Of a DNA stretch of 64,000 nucleotides, positions 10,114-18,852 are shown piece after piece. Position 1 is the stretch's first letter; the number at the start of each line of letters is the position of its first letter. The stretch is from the IMG/VR virus record IMGVR_UViG_3300030294_000676; one strand, given 5' to 3'. Source of the stretch: a virus (taxonomy: Duplodnaviria; Heunggongvirae; Uroviricota; Caudoviricetes). The notes under the pieces are model-generated. The model worked only from the letters and a program-made list of their open reading frames with translations. It was not told where the DNA came from and made no database searches. Position numbers and translations under genes: made by a program.

Positions 10114-10850
10114 TAGGCTTCGGTTTCTGGTTCTGTTACACTATCGTGTTCTAATTCAATATAAAATGGCGTATAAACAGGTTTGTAAAATTCATTTAAA
10201 TGACTTACATTTACTGCTTTCCATCCTTCATTATAAATATGATCACCACCGTGAATGTGTCCACAAATTAATAATTTATATTCTACATCAGTTATTCGTG
10301 CTCTTAACGGTTCATTACCTAAGTGTTGAAACATTCGTTGTGAACGATGTATAGGACCTTCTAAAATAACATCAGTATCACCTACTCCAAATGCTGGATC
10401 ATGTGTTATAATAATATCAACTTTATCAGGTATTTCTTTAAATTTATCGGTCATAAATTCTTCTGTTCTCATAAATGGCCAAGTACCAAATATATGACAA
10501 TAAGGTGTTCCAAATATAGACCATAATTGACCCCAATCATCATAATAATGAGTGGTTTCATTTTTTAAGTATGTGAGTTTACCACATGCTTGAGTGAATG
10601 CTAATATATTAGCTCTACTGGCACTTTCAAAATAAGCATCATGGTTACCAGCAACCAAAAATACTCTATCAACAGGTAAAGATTTCACCCATCCTGCAAA
10701 TTCAGTTTCTAACCATACTTTCATAGCAGGTTTATTAAATTGAATTTCTAATGGTGATATATCTCCTGCAATTATTGCTATGTTTGCGGATTCTATGACT
10801 TCTGGTAAATTACCATGCAAATCACTCATCGCCATTACTTTTAATTTCAT
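10113..10850 (-). CDS. calcineurin-like metallophosphoesterase
   Basis: MSDLHGN ... AGDISP ... AGNHDAY ... ITHDP ... GHIHGG motifs. Confidence 0.7.
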   Translation of the reverse strand: MKLKVMAMSDLHGNLPEVIESANIAIIAGDISPLEIQFNKPAMKVWLETEFAGWVKSLPVDRVFLVAGNHDAYFESASRANILAFTQACGKLTYLKNETTHYYDDWGQLWSIFGTPYCHIFGTWPFMRTEEFMTDKFKEIPDKVDIIITHDPAFGVGDTDVILEGPIHRSQRMFQHLGNEPLRARITDVEYKLLICGHIHGGDHIYNEGWKAVNVSHLNEFYKPVYTPFYIELEHDSVTEPETEA

Positions 10851-11062
10851 TTCTTTAATTTTAAAATTGATTGTCTATCAAGTGCATATTGTTTATCTTC
10901 ATGAGGAGGATCATAACATTCAGCATCATTAACAGCATCTTCAATTGCTTGATTATATGCATCTTTTTGAATTTCTTCAATTGCTTTTACATAATCATTA
11001 TAAGTGTAATCTTTAGTCGATTTCACTATTTTCGTCAAAACATACTTCTCCGGATTTATCAT
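10847..11062 (-). CDS. hypothetical protein (71 aa)
   Basis: ORF track. Confidence 0.45.
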   Translation of the reverse strand: MINPEKYVLTKIVKSTKDYTYNDYVKAIEEIQKDAYNQAIEDAVNDAECYDPPHEDKQYALDRQSILKLKK

Positions 11063-11312
11063 CTTCTAATTTTTTAATTCGTTCTTGTAAATTATGAAAT
11101 CCTTGAGTTTTAGTACTCATGTCACTCATAAATCTAAATCCCATTTCAGCATCTTTAAGACCTTGTAAATATGCATCATCTTGAATTTGTTTTATAAAGT
11201 CTGTAAATGGTAAATAATTTCCTTTACCTTTATTAGAATTCATATAATGTTCTTCTAATTCTTCTGGTGTTTTCATATTAAGCCCAATAATGGTTAAACA
11301 CTGTTCCGTCAA
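11013..11312 (-). CDS. hypothetical protein (99 aa)
   Basis: ORF track. Confidence 0.5.
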   Translation of the reverse strand: MTEQCLTIIGLNMKTPEELEEHYMNSNKGKGNYLPFTDFIKQIQDDAYLQGLKDAEMGFRFMSDMSTKTQGFHNLQERIKKLEDDKSGEVCFDENSEID

Positions 11313-11438
11313 ATTGCGGATTTCTTCTTCTCTTATTTAGTAATCGTTTTATAACTTTTTTAAGTCTACGTTTACTATGTTTATTTTTTGAATATCGACA
11401 TTGTTCACAATGACACGATCTTACTCTACAAGGTGGCA

Positions 11439-11714
11439 TTATTCTACTTGATTAATTGTGTCTAAAATTGATTGTTTGTCAATTGATACAAATTCTTCTT
11501 GTCCAACTTCAAATGTTTTAGATTTACATTCATTATAATGTGAACCACCAAAACCGGTTTCATATCGTTCTATATAAGCATTTTCAGCAGCTAATTCAAG
11601 GAGTTGTTTACATACTTCTTTCATTGCTTCAATTACAACTTCATTAATAGATAATTTTTCATCACCTAATTTTTCGGATAATATGTTTTGTAAATTTATT
11701 TTTCTTTCTGACAT
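11439..11714 (-). CDS. hypothetical protein (91 aa)
   Basis: ORF track. Confidence 0.5.
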   Translation of the reverse strand: MSERKINLQNILSEKLGDEKLSINEVVIEAMKEVCKQLLELAAENAYIERYETGFGGSHYNECKSKTFEVGQEEFVSIDKQSILDTINQVE

Positions 11715-11718
11715 AATT

Positions 11719-12069
11719 CTATTTGTTTAATAATTGAATTAATGATTCGATTAACATTTCCTTATTATCAAAATCAATTATTTCTTTATCCTTTAAATAA
11801 ATTCCTCCAGAATAATCTGAAAAATATCTTAATTCTAATTCAAAATAATCATCATTTAATAAAAGTTTTTCAATTAACCAATCAATTACTTGTTGCCAAA
11901 GAGGTGCTGAATACCATTCTTTTTTAATATCATTAATATTATTAGTATTCCAATTCACTCCTACATTATGAATATCAAGTTCTGGACAATAAATTCCTAA
12001 ACATTCTTCATCAAATCCTAATCTTTTTAATTGCTTAGCAATCTCATATGTTACAAATTGTTTTTCCAT
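11719..12069 (-). CDS. hypothetical protein (116 aa)
   Basis: ORF track. Confidence 0.55.
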   Translation of the reverse strand: MEKQFVTYEIAKQLKRLGFDEECLGIYCPELDIHNVGVNWNTNNINDIKKEWYSAPLWQQVIDWLIEKLLLNDDYFELELRYFSDYSGGIYLKDKEIIDFDNKEMLIESLIQLLNK

Positions 12070-12290
12070 TTTCTACATTTAGGTTTAAACATATCAATCA
12101 TAGCTTTCGGGTCACATGGTTTAAGTTTTGAATTCTTACAAAATCCAGCTTCACCATGATAATTTATAAAATTTTCACAAGAACCACAACATTTTTTAAA
12201 TGCAGCTTCTTCAATAAGTCTATCTTCTTCAGTATATTCTGGAATATTTGAAATAGGCCAACCTGTTTCATCAAAATTTAAATTATCCAT
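12051..12290 (-). CDS. hypothetical Cys-rich protein (79 aa)
   Basis: CCGSCENF ... FCKNSKLKPCD ... CRKW. Confidence 0.5.
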   Translation of the reverse strand: MDNLNFDETGWPISNIPEYTEEDRLIEEAAFKKCCGSCENFINYHGEAGFCKNSKLKPCDPKAMIDMFKPKCRKWKNNL

Positions 12291-12669
12291 AATAAACTAA
12301 ATTAAAACTTCCAAATAAAATACTTAAATGTAAAAACTGATCAAATCCAATACTTACAAAGAAGTCATGTACTTGTTTGTTATTCCATAGAATTGAGTTA
12401 ATTCTACTAGTTATTGCATCAATTGCAGTATGCGTTACAAACTGAATTAAAGCAAATAATAATGATGTATACCAATACTGTGCACCGAAGTAACCTACTT
12501 CTTGTAGGATTTGCATAGGCACATATAATATCAGCGAATAAATAGCTGCATGTGCTAATAAAGCTTTAAAACTTTTATGCTTATTTTTTGCTTGATAATC
12601 AGTTTGAAAAACAAAATCTGCTAACCAATGAAGAATAAGAATAAAGTAAATAACGATTATGTTAATCAT
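12283..12669 (-). CDS. membrane protein (128 aa)
   Basis: Multiple hydrophobic helices. Confidence 0.5.
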   Translation of the reverse strand: MINIIVIYFILILHWLADFVFQTDYQAKNKHKSFKALLAHAAIYSLILYVPMQILQEVGYFGAQYWYTSLLFALIQFVTHTAIDAITSRINSILWNNKQVHDFFVSIGFDQFLHLSILFGSFNLVYYG

Positions 12670-12670
12670 A

Positions 12671-13063
12671 TTAAGTTATATTATTGAATAATGACAACGC
12701 TTCAGAAAGAGCCCAAACAAAACTAGTTTTATTTCCGTAGAAACCACAATATAAACTAGCTGAATTAAGAAAGAAATATCCATCATCTTCACCTAATGTT
12801 ACTACTTGAGGACGTCCGTCTATTTGAATTATTGCAACTCCACCTTGTGATGTTAAACAATAAACTCTAATAGATTCGGCATTTCTATAGACTCTACTAA
12901 TTGGAAAGTTACTATACATTCCATCTTGTCCACCTACTTCATCATTAATTGTATTGATGTCTTCACCAATAATACAATCTAGATTCATATCTCTTGCACT
13001 AGCTTGAGTATGTTTTCTATATTCTATTAATTCTTGTTGCTCTAAATATTCAGCATGTGTCAT
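12671..13063 (-). CDS. hypothetical protein (130 aa)
   Basis: ORF track. Confidence 0.55.
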   Translation of the reverse strand: MTHAEYLEQQELIEYRKHTQASARDMNLDCIIGEDINTINDEVGGQDGMYSNFPISRVYRNAESIRVYCLTSQGGVAIIQIDGRPQVVTLGEDDGYFFLNSASLYCGFYGNKTSFVWALSEALSLFNNIT

Positions 13064-13073
13064 TATTTTAAGT

Positions 13074-13373
13074 TTAATAAGTTATGACTTGTTTTTTAAG
13101 GTCTGAAATCGGATTATAAATTGAATAAACTACAGCATTAAAATCACTCTTTGCTTTAGTATAAGATCTTAAATCGTGAGATAGCTGGGTATACGATTCA
13201 CCCCCAGTATATTTTTTATCTTTTCTTATAGTTACTATTGCTCTTAGAGCACTCTCTAATTGTAAGTAGTAACCTACGGGTTTTGATTTGTTGGTTTCTG
13301 ATCCTGTTGTTGAATACAAAACAAAATTTCCACCTTCATGTACTATTTTAAAATCCTTTTCTTCTATAATCAT
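13074..13373 (-). CDS. hypothetical protein (99 aa)
   Basis: ORF track. Confidence 0.55.
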   Translation of the reverse strand: MIIEEKDFKIVHEGGNFVLYSTTGSETNKSKPVGYYLQLESALRAIVTIRKDKKYTGGESYTQLSHDLRSYTKAKSDFNAVVYSIYNPISDLKKQVITY

Positions 13374-13383
13374 AGTTAGTTAA

Positions 13384-13409
13384 AATAGAGAGAGCCTAAG
13401 CTCTCTCTG
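13384..13409 (-). terminator. perfect 9-bp hairpin with tetraloop (agagagagc-ctaa-gctctctct), probably a bidirectional terminator
   Basis: Hairpin at 13386..13407 directly after the stop of 13416..13781, flanked by T-runs on both strands. Confidence 0.5.
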
Positions 13410-13415
13410 AATTTT

Positions 13416-13781
13416 TTAGACTGCAAATTTATTTGCAACCTTTTTGATAAGTTCATCTATATTCTGAACATCAATCGTAGCCAAGTGAATTTCATTTTCG
13501 ATATCCTCTGTACTAAAACTAGGAGCATCTTTAAGAATAGTTTCAAAATATGCAGAACGAATTTCATTCATAGTATCGTTTGTACGATATGAACGAACCT
13601 TCCATTTATCAGAAATCGTTTGTAACATAATACAATCTTCATTAAGTTCGAAGAAATTTTTGTATTCATCCGATTCTCTAATTGCAGCATTTGCAGCATA
13701 AATTGGATCTTGATACTTTTCTTTTAATTCTTTTTTAATCTTTGATGCTAAAGCACCTACTTGCGCATTTGATAATTTCAT
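13416..13781 (-). CDS. hypothetical protein (121 aa)
   Basis: ORF track. Confidence 0.55.
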   Translation of the reverse strand: MKLSNAQVGALASKIKKELKEKYQDPIYAANAAIRESDEYKNFFELNEDCIMLQTISDKWKVRSYRTNDTMNEIRSAYFETILKDAPSFSTEDIENEIHLATIDVQNIDELIKKVANKFAV

Positions 13782-13789
13782 CTTTATTT

Positions 13790-14161
13790 CTATTTATTTG
13801 TGAATAATTTACTTACTTGTTTACCATCATATAAACCAGCGTGATATTGTTTAAAATGTTTCATACATTCTCCAACTGAATTAAATTTATATTCATTTAG
13901 AATATCTTTAATATCTAAATCATTTAATTGTTGTGGTAAGAATTGTTCAAGTATAACATTTTCTTCTAAGTTAGTATTACATTCAATGTTACTAGCTATC
14001 ATCTTCTTAAGAACTGAAACAACTTCCTCGTCTGTAGCAATGTAACCTGCTACTTTCTTAGGACCTTTTTCAATTCTTTCAATTTCTCCAAGAACTACTC
14101 CTAAAAGTGTTCTTGTTTCTCGGTTAGTGAGCCTATGCTCTATTATTTGCTCTTTCAGCAT
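13790..14161 (-). CDS. hypothetical protein, possibly a GatB/YqeY-like domain (tentative)
   Basis: N-terminus MLKEQIIEHRLTNRETRTLLGVVLGEIERIEKG weakly resembles the YqeY family. Confidence 0.45.
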   Translation of the reverse strand: MLKEQIIEHRLTNRETRTLLGVVLGEIERIEKGPKKVAGYIATDEEVVSVLKKMIASNIECNTNLEENVILEQFLPQQLNDLDIKDILNEYKFNSVGECMKHFKQYHAGLYDGKQVSKLFTNK

Positions 14162-14414
14162 CTTTCATCATTTTTAATTCTGTTATTACATGTCTTAAAT
14201 CATCAACTGAATATCTTTCGATTTCTCTAATGAGTTCAAACTTTTCTTCATCAACACCCCAACTTGATACACAATTATCAGCATGTTTACTAAACAATGA
14301 AAAGAACCTACCTTTTATTGAATCACGTAATGCTCCATCAGATAATCCCATAAATGAATCTTTTTCTATAGGACCAATCATACATTTCCAATACCTTAAT
14401 TCTGGATTTTCCAT
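14133..14414 (-). CDS. hypothetical protein (93 aa)
   Basis: ORF track. Confidence 0.5.
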   Translation of the reverse strand: MENPELRYWKCMIGPIEKDSFMGLSDGALRDSIKGRFFSLFSKHADNCVSSWGVDEEKFELIREIERYSVDDLRHVITELKMMKDAERANNRA

Positions 14415-14481
14415 TAATCTTTATCAATTAAAATTGCAAATAATCCTATTAAAATAATTAATGCAATTAATATTATTTTTA

Positions 14482-14772
14482 TCATGCTTCTGCTTTTTCT
14501 AATACTTTATCGACCATTGGTTCTTTAATGTATACTTTTTTCAATGATTTCTGTCCTGATTCAAGCATTACTAATGAATCATATAATTCTTTATTAATGA
14601 ATTCACTATATAAAGTATTTGCCGAAGCTACTAATGCATCGCATTGTTCAATAAGTTTTCCAACTTGTATTTTAATTTCATCGTGTGTTAATACAACTTT
14701 TTTTTCTTCAGTAGTTTCTACTGGTTTTGCATTAACATCTTGTCCTAATTTATTCCAGGTTATATTATCCAT
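14482..14772 (-). CDS. hypothetical protein (96 aa)
   Basis: ORF track. Confidence 0.5.
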   Translation of the reverse strand: MDNITWNKLGQDVNAKPVETTEEKKVVLTHDEIKIQVGKLIEQCDALVASANTLYSEFINKELYDSLVMLESGQKSLKKVYIKEPMVDKVLEKAEA

Positions 14773-15139
14773 CTATTTCTTCAATTAAAAATTGATTAAC
14801 TTTCTTTTTAGTATATGTTGTATGATTAATAAAATCACATAAATCTTGATAAAATAAATCGCCAGCATCTCCAGAATGTTCATACTTATCATAATATACT
14901 TGTGCTACTAATTGTGTATAAATATGATCTCCATTACAAGAATCTATTAATTCTGGACCCCATTCAGGGTGTCTTGCTAAAGCAAAACCCATAAATTGAT
15001 ATGCAAATTTTTCATGATTTATATCTCCACAATAATCTAGGAAATCTTCACCTGCTTCAACCATCCAATCATTTATACGATCAAGAGTAATATCTTGTAA
15101 TAGATCTTCTTCGTTAATTATTAATATAGAATCATTCAT
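14765..15139 (-). CDS. hypothetical acidic protein (124 aa)
   Basis: ORF track. Confidence 0.55.
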   Translation of the reverse strand: MNDSILIINEEDLLQDITLDRINDWMVEAGEDFLDYCGDINHEKFAYQFMGFALARHPEWGPELIDSCNGDHIYTQLVAQVYYDKYEHSGDAGDLFYQDLCDFINHTTYTKKKVNQFLIEEIDG

Positions 15140-15473
15140 CTGAATCTTCTTTTACTTTTTTAGGTTTCTCTTCATTAGTAATTAATTTAGCAACTTCATC
15201 AACTACAGTTTTATACTTTGCAATAAATTCAGCAACAGTATAAACTCCATCTTTGTCAGCCATTTTAATTCCTACAATCTTCTGCATACATACTTCAAAA
15301 GGTAATCCGTGAGCTACTAATTTCATTTCTGTACGTTCAGTGTCCTTGCCCTCATTTACTTTTACAAGTAAACTTAAATCAAAAAATGGTCCAGTCGTAT
15401 TTGACTGAACCATTTCGAATTCTTTACCTTTAATTACAATCATCTTACTTATTTGCGTAGTAGATTTCAGCAC
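15132..15473 (-). CDS. hypothetical protein (113 aa)
   Basis: ORF track. Confidence 0.55.
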   Translation of the reverse strand: MLKSTTQISKMIVIKGKEFEMVQSNTTGPFFDLSLLVKVNEGKDTERTEMKLVAHGLPFEVCMQKIVGIKMADKDGVYTVAEFIAKYKTVVDEVAKLITNEEKPKKVKEDSDE

Positions 15474-15882
15474 GCTCCGTCATTTGTTCAAACAAGTTTG
15501 AAAGAGTGTACGGAACTTTTTTGTAGAAACTCACACGGTTTTCAGCATCCAATGATTGAGCAATTTTTGCACGTTGAAGTGCTTTGTCTAAACCAATTGC
15601 TTTGTCAAACGTATCACCAGGTACAGAAATAACTACAATTTCTCCAGATGTTTCAGCAACTGGAACCAATTGATCCTTTTTGTTACAAAGTGACCATCCG
15701 AATACTCCTGCACCAAGTGCAACAACTACTCCGATTCTTTCACCTTTTACTACTTCGAGGATAGCTTTTGGGCCACCTTCGCATCTATAATCAATTGCTG
15801 ATTGCAATCGATCATCTTCCTTTAAGTAAGATACTAATACCTTACCGTCAAAATCTTTAAGTGTTAAAGTTTTTTTCTGCAT
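15445..15882 (-). CDS. hypothetical protein (145 aa)
   Basis: ORF track. Confidence 0.55.
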   Translation of the reverse strand: MQKKTLTLKDFDGKVLVSYLKEDDRLQSAIDYRCEGGPKAILEVVKGERIGVVVALGAGVFGWSLCNKKDQLVPVAETSGEIVVISVPGDTFDKAIGLDKALQRAKIAQSLDAENRVSFYKKVPYTLSNLFEQMTERAEIYYANK

Positions 15883-15890
15883 AATCTATT

Positions 15891-16196
15891 TTATTTGTGT
15901 TTATGTTTATATTCATGAAACCATATATTGATTTCATGTGAGTCGTCATTCATATTATAAAGTTTTATACGACGATCTAAATCTCGTTCAGCATGTTGTC
16001 TAAGTTTATTTATAGATTCATCACCTGATACATGATTACATCTATTGTTTTCACATACGATTAAAGTTTTCATTTTACGAACAGAATTATTATCAAAAAT
16101 TATATATTCGATAATATAATCTTCAGATATCTTATAAGTACCTTTAATTTCTTTTTCTTCAGCTATTTCCCAATATATCCGTTTTAATTTCCTCAT
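15891..16196 (-). CDS. hypothetical protein (101 aa)
   Basis: ORF track. Confidence 0.55.
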   Translation of the reverse strand: MRKLKRIYWEIAEEKEIKGTYKISEDYIIEYIIFDNNSVRKMKTLIVCENNRCNHVSGDESINKLRQHAERDLDRRIKLYNMNDDSHEINIWFHEYKHKHK

Positions 16197-16202
16197 AATA
16201 TT

Positions 16203-16238
16203 TTTTAAATTAAAAAAGGAGACCTAATAGATCTCCTT
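16203..16238 (-). terminator. terminator-like hairpin downstream (minus sense) of the first tRNA block
   Basis: ggaga...tctcc hairpin (16217..16237) followed on the minus strand by UUUUUUAAUUU. Confidence 0.45.
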
Positions 16239-16243
16239 CTAAG

Positions 16244-16317
16244 CAGCTTGTACCGGGCTCAAACCGGCGACCTCCGCCGTGACAGGGCGGCATTCTAATC
16301 AACTGAACTAACAAGCT
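16244..16317 (-). tRNA. tRNA-Asp (anticodon GTC)
   Basis: Hand-folded cloverleaf. Acceptor AGCTTGT/ACAAGCT, anticodon loop CTGTCAC, T-arm GCCGG-TTTGAGC-CCGGT. Confidence 0.8.
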
Positions 16318-16384
16318 ATAGTGTGGATTCCTTTTAACCCACGAAGCCAACTTAAATAAATTAAGATTTACTAGTATTTTTAAG

Positions 16385-16476
16385 TATCTAAGGTGGGGAT
16401 CGAACCCACGGTGTTCACCACAAAGGGTATAAGATTTTAAGTCTTATGCGTTTCAGCCAAACTTCGCCACTTAGAC
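16385..16476 (-). tRNA. tRNA-Leu (anticodon TAA), type II
   Basis: Anticodon loop CTTAAAA, long variable arm, T-arm GTGGG-TTCGATC-CCCAC. Confidence 0.7.
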
Positions 16477-16630
16477 ATTTTACTACAGTTTATATCTGTA
16501 ACAAGAACATTTATCACAAGAAGGCATAGAAGCACATCCTGCATGTGACATACCATCTGCATCAGCAAAACAAGTCTTTTGTTTCTTTGGTTTCTTAAAC
16601 CATTTAATTAATTTTTTAATCATATTTTTA

Positions 16631-16978
16631 TTAAAAAGGTAATATTATCATTAATTCTTTTCTAATTTCATAACTTAGTTTTTCAAACCAACATATAAAT
16701 TCGTAATTATCTGTATTATTAGTTAATGCAAATAATTCATGATCATAACAACATGAACCAAAACCTCTAACATATCGACCACAAACTTCAATTTGTTGAC
16801 TATATATTAACTGATGTGGTTGATCTGGATCTTGATAACCATATACACAACAAAGTCCATCGGGTTCACTTTTGTAATAACATGTCCAAAATCACCATTC
16901 TGATTGTGGTACATCATCAAATTCTTCTTCAAGTCCAGATTCAGGATCTATATCTAAATTTACTGTTACTAATCTCAT
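16631..16978 (-). CDS. Cys/Trp-rich hypothetical protein with an in-frame TGA (codon 16892..16894). Paralog of 16989..17267
   Basis: Minus-strand ATG at 16976-16978 to TAA at 16631-16633. One internal TGA in ...PQSEW[TGA]FWTCYY.... Both paralogs share a Cys-rich core and end in LPF. Confidence 0.5.
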
Positions 16979-16988
16979 TATTCTATTT

Positions 16989-17267
16989 TTAAAAAGGTAA
17001 ATTATTTCTTATTTCATCAGGTAAGTTATTCATCCATTCTATAAATTTAGGATGATCTAAATGTTCATCAATAATAAGTAGTCCAACAGTTGCTGAACAT
17101 TGTCCAGGATAACCTCTTGTTCCATTTACTTTTATCATATCACTAAAACTAAATTTATCATAGCCAATATTACCACCATAAAGACAACAACTTGCATTAG
17201 CACATTCCATAAGACAACCTGTAAAGAAATACCATTTATACTCTGAATCTTCACCGTATTCATTCAT
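16989..17267 (-). CDS. Cys-rich hypothetical protein (92 aa), paralog of 16631..16978
   Basis: ORF track. ...EYKWYFFTGCLMECANASCCLYGG...LPF. Confidence 0.55.
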   Translation of the reverse strand: MNEYGEDSEYKWYFFTGCLMECANASCCLYGGNIGYDKFSFSDMIKVNGTRGYPGQCSATVGLLIIDEHLDHPKFIEWMNNLPDEIRNNLPF

Positions 17268-17289
17268 TATTTTATAATTTATAATTTAG

Positions 17290-17360
17290 TTGACCAACCA
17301 GGACTCGAACCTGGGCGACATCCGTCAAAGGGATGTGTGCTACCATTACACCATCGGTCA
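17290..17360 (-). tRNA. tRNA-Gln (anticodon TTG)
   Basis: Anticodon stem CATCC/GGATG, loop CTTTGAC, T-arm CCAGG-TTCGAGT-CCTGG. Confidence 0.8.
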
Positions 17361-17369
17361 ATATAGAAG

Positions 17370-17456
17370 CGTACACGGCAGGATTCGAACCTGCGGTGGA
17401 ATATTATTCACCAGGTTAACAGCCTGGACCTGTCGACCAACTAAGGCAACGTGTAC
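17370..17456 (-). tRNA. atypical tRNA with anticodon GTT (Asn-like) but a long variable-arm hairpin (type-II-like)
   Basis: Perfect acceptor GTACACG/CGTGTAC, anticodon stem CCAGG/CCTGG, loop CTGTTAA, extra arm GAAT-AAT-ATTC, T-arm GCAGG-TTCGAAT-CCTGC, G73. Confidence 0.6.
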
Positions 17457-17457
17457 A

Positions 17458-17631
17458 TTATTCTTCTGAATGTATTTCTCTGTGACAATTAGCACAGACC
17501 ATAATACATTTATCTAATTCTTCTTTAACTTTTTCTCATGCTCTAGTATATCCTTTTGCTGATATTCCAAAATCTTTTTCATTTGGATCTAAATGTTGTT
17601 TCACCATGTGTTTTACACACTCTCATTTCAT
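17458..17631 (-). pseudogene. HNH endonuclease C-terminal remnant with two in-frame TGA codons (17623..17625, 17536..17538)
   Basis: Translation MK[TGA]ECVKHMVKQHLDPNEKDFGISAKGYTRA[TGA]EKVKEELDKCIMVCANCHREIHSEE* ends in the HNH CxxCH...H motif. The N-terminal half of an HNH domain is missing. Confidence 0.45.
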
Positions 17632-17639
17632 CCATTTTT

Positions 17640-17662
17640 ACTAATTTTTACTTGTTTACTAA
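17640..17662 (-). other. orphan tRNA 5'-half fragment (acceptor 5' strand plus D-arm: GGTTCGTAGCTCAGTGGTTAGTA)
   Basis: Canonical acceptor/D-arm sequence with no anticodon or T-arm following. It abuts the HNH remnant. Confidence 0.4.
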
Positions 17663-17690
17663 CCACTGAGCTACGAACCTTTATACCATG

Positions 17691-18056
17691 TTAAAACCAA
17701 TGTTCTGTATTGGTTTCATCAATTGTACCAACTATAGAGCGACGGATTTCTCCACCTCTACGAGAATGATACACAAAAACTTTTTTATCTCGAAAGATTT
17801 GTGCTAAATGACTAAAATTATCACAATTGAAAAAATTGTGTTGATTTCCTTGAGTATCATCTAAATAAAATGATTGTCTCCTCCAACCCATTTGTCGCAT
17901 TGTTTCAGGTACAATTTCAATTACTTCTGGAATAATTGGAATAACTTCTGTATAATTACGTGTTGCTTTCACATAATCTTTTACTTTAATAAGACATAAT
18001 ACTTCTGAATACAATTCACGACCATCTGAATTTCTTTTAATTGCTTTGTAATACAT
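17691..18056 (-). CDS. hypothetical protein (121 aa)
   Basis: ORF track. Confidence 0.55.
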   Translation of the reverse strand: MYYKAIKRNSDGRELYSEVLCLIKVKDYVKATRNYTEVIPIIPEVIEIVPETMRQMGWRRQSFYLDDTQGNQHNFFNCDNFSHLAQIFRDKKVFVYHSRRGGEIRRSIVGTIDETNTEHWF

Positions 18057-18069
18057 AATTTAAAATTTA

Positions 18070-18153
18070 ATTGTTCTTGTGTGACACACGGGGATCGAAC
18101 CCGCAACGACCGGCACCACAAACCAGCGCTCTACCAATTGAGCTAATGTCACC
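18070..18153 (-). tRNA. tRNA-His (anticodon GTG) with an extra 5' G(-1)
   Basis: GGTGACAT...; anticodon loop TTGTGGT. The anticodon stem has G-U pairs. T-arm GCGGG-TTCGATC-CCCGT. Confidence 0.65.
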
Positions 18154-18160
18154 ATGTAAG

Positions 18161-18234
18161 AGCAGTAAGTGGGGTTCAAACCCACGACCCCAGGCTTGGA
18201 AGGCGAGTGCTCTGATCAACTGAGCTATTACTGC
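18161..18234 (-). tRNA. tRNA-Gly-like (anticodon TCC) with a weak anticodon stem
   Basis: Good acceptor, D-arm and T-arm (GTGGG-TTTGAAC-CCCAC). Anticodon loop CTTCCAA, but the stem has only 3 of 5 pairs. Confidence 0.5.
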
Positions 18235-18287
18235 ATGGTACGGGTAGGATCACTGTGCACGTGCCTACCGAGACTAGATCAGTCTTC

Positions 18288-18587
18288 TTACGAAGTTTCT
18301 CCAACACTTTTATCTTTAGGATTCGACGGTTTAGTCAAATTCTTTAATTCAATTACTTCTAAAGGTTCACCTGTTCCAGGAGCTTTAAAACTCTTTACAA
18401 GTTTGGCTTCTGTTACTATAAAACATTTACTAGAATCCCAATCAAAACCAAAATTAGTTCGAAGAATAGGTTCTGATATACGACTACCCATAGAAGGATA
18501 GTCTAAAGGAATAACAACTTCATCATCCCAATGTTGACTATTATAAGGTAATCCTCCTAAATACTCATATAATTCTCTTACTGTCAT
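18288..18587 (-). CDS. hypothetical protein (99 aa)
   Basis: ORF track. Confidence 0.55.
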   Translation of the reverse strand: MTVRELYEYLGGLPYNSQHWDDEVVIPLDYPSMGSRISEPILRTNFGFDWDSSKCFIVTEAKLVKSFKAPGTGEPLEVIELKNLTKPSNPKDKSVGETS

Positions 18588-18850
18588 TATTCTTTGTATT
18601 TAATGTTCATTGCCTTAGCTACTTCTATGACTTTTTCAATTTTAGCTCTTATATCAGCATCTAGAGCGTCATATTCTTCTTGTGAAAGTTTAAGAGTTGT
18701 CATATGTTCTGATAATATATTAACTGATTGACAATACAAACATATTGAAATATCACCAGGTCCAGCTTTAGTACCATCTGTACACGCTGTATTTGCATTT
18801 AATATAGCCCCACAATTAGGACAAATATTATCACTTTGATTTTTATCCAT
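18587..18850 (-). CDS. zinc-ribbon protein (87 aa)
   Basis: CPNCGA ... CLYCQS. Confidence 0.55.
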   Translation of the reverse strand: MDKNQSDNICPNCGAILNANTACTDGTKAGPGDISICLYCQSVNILSEHMTTLKLSQEEYDALDADIRAKIEKVIEVAKAMNIKYKE

Positions 18851-18852
18851 AA

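Noticed and set aside
18241-18290. Possible additional tRNA after tRNA-Gly-like
   Set aside because: Only two simple hairpins (ggtagg...cctacc and agact-agatc-agtct). There is no acceptor/T-arm architecture. More likely terminator or processing hairpins.
18169-18501. ORFs overlapping tRNA genes (18169..18501 plus strand; 22170..22388, 27880..28122, 36449..36655 minus strand; 27999..28184 plus strand)
   Set aside because: They translate through tRNA or tmRNA sequences, giving the typical ...LVEHRPFKAGVLGSNP / ...VARKAHNLEVGGSIPS artefact peptides. The RNA genes explain the sequence.
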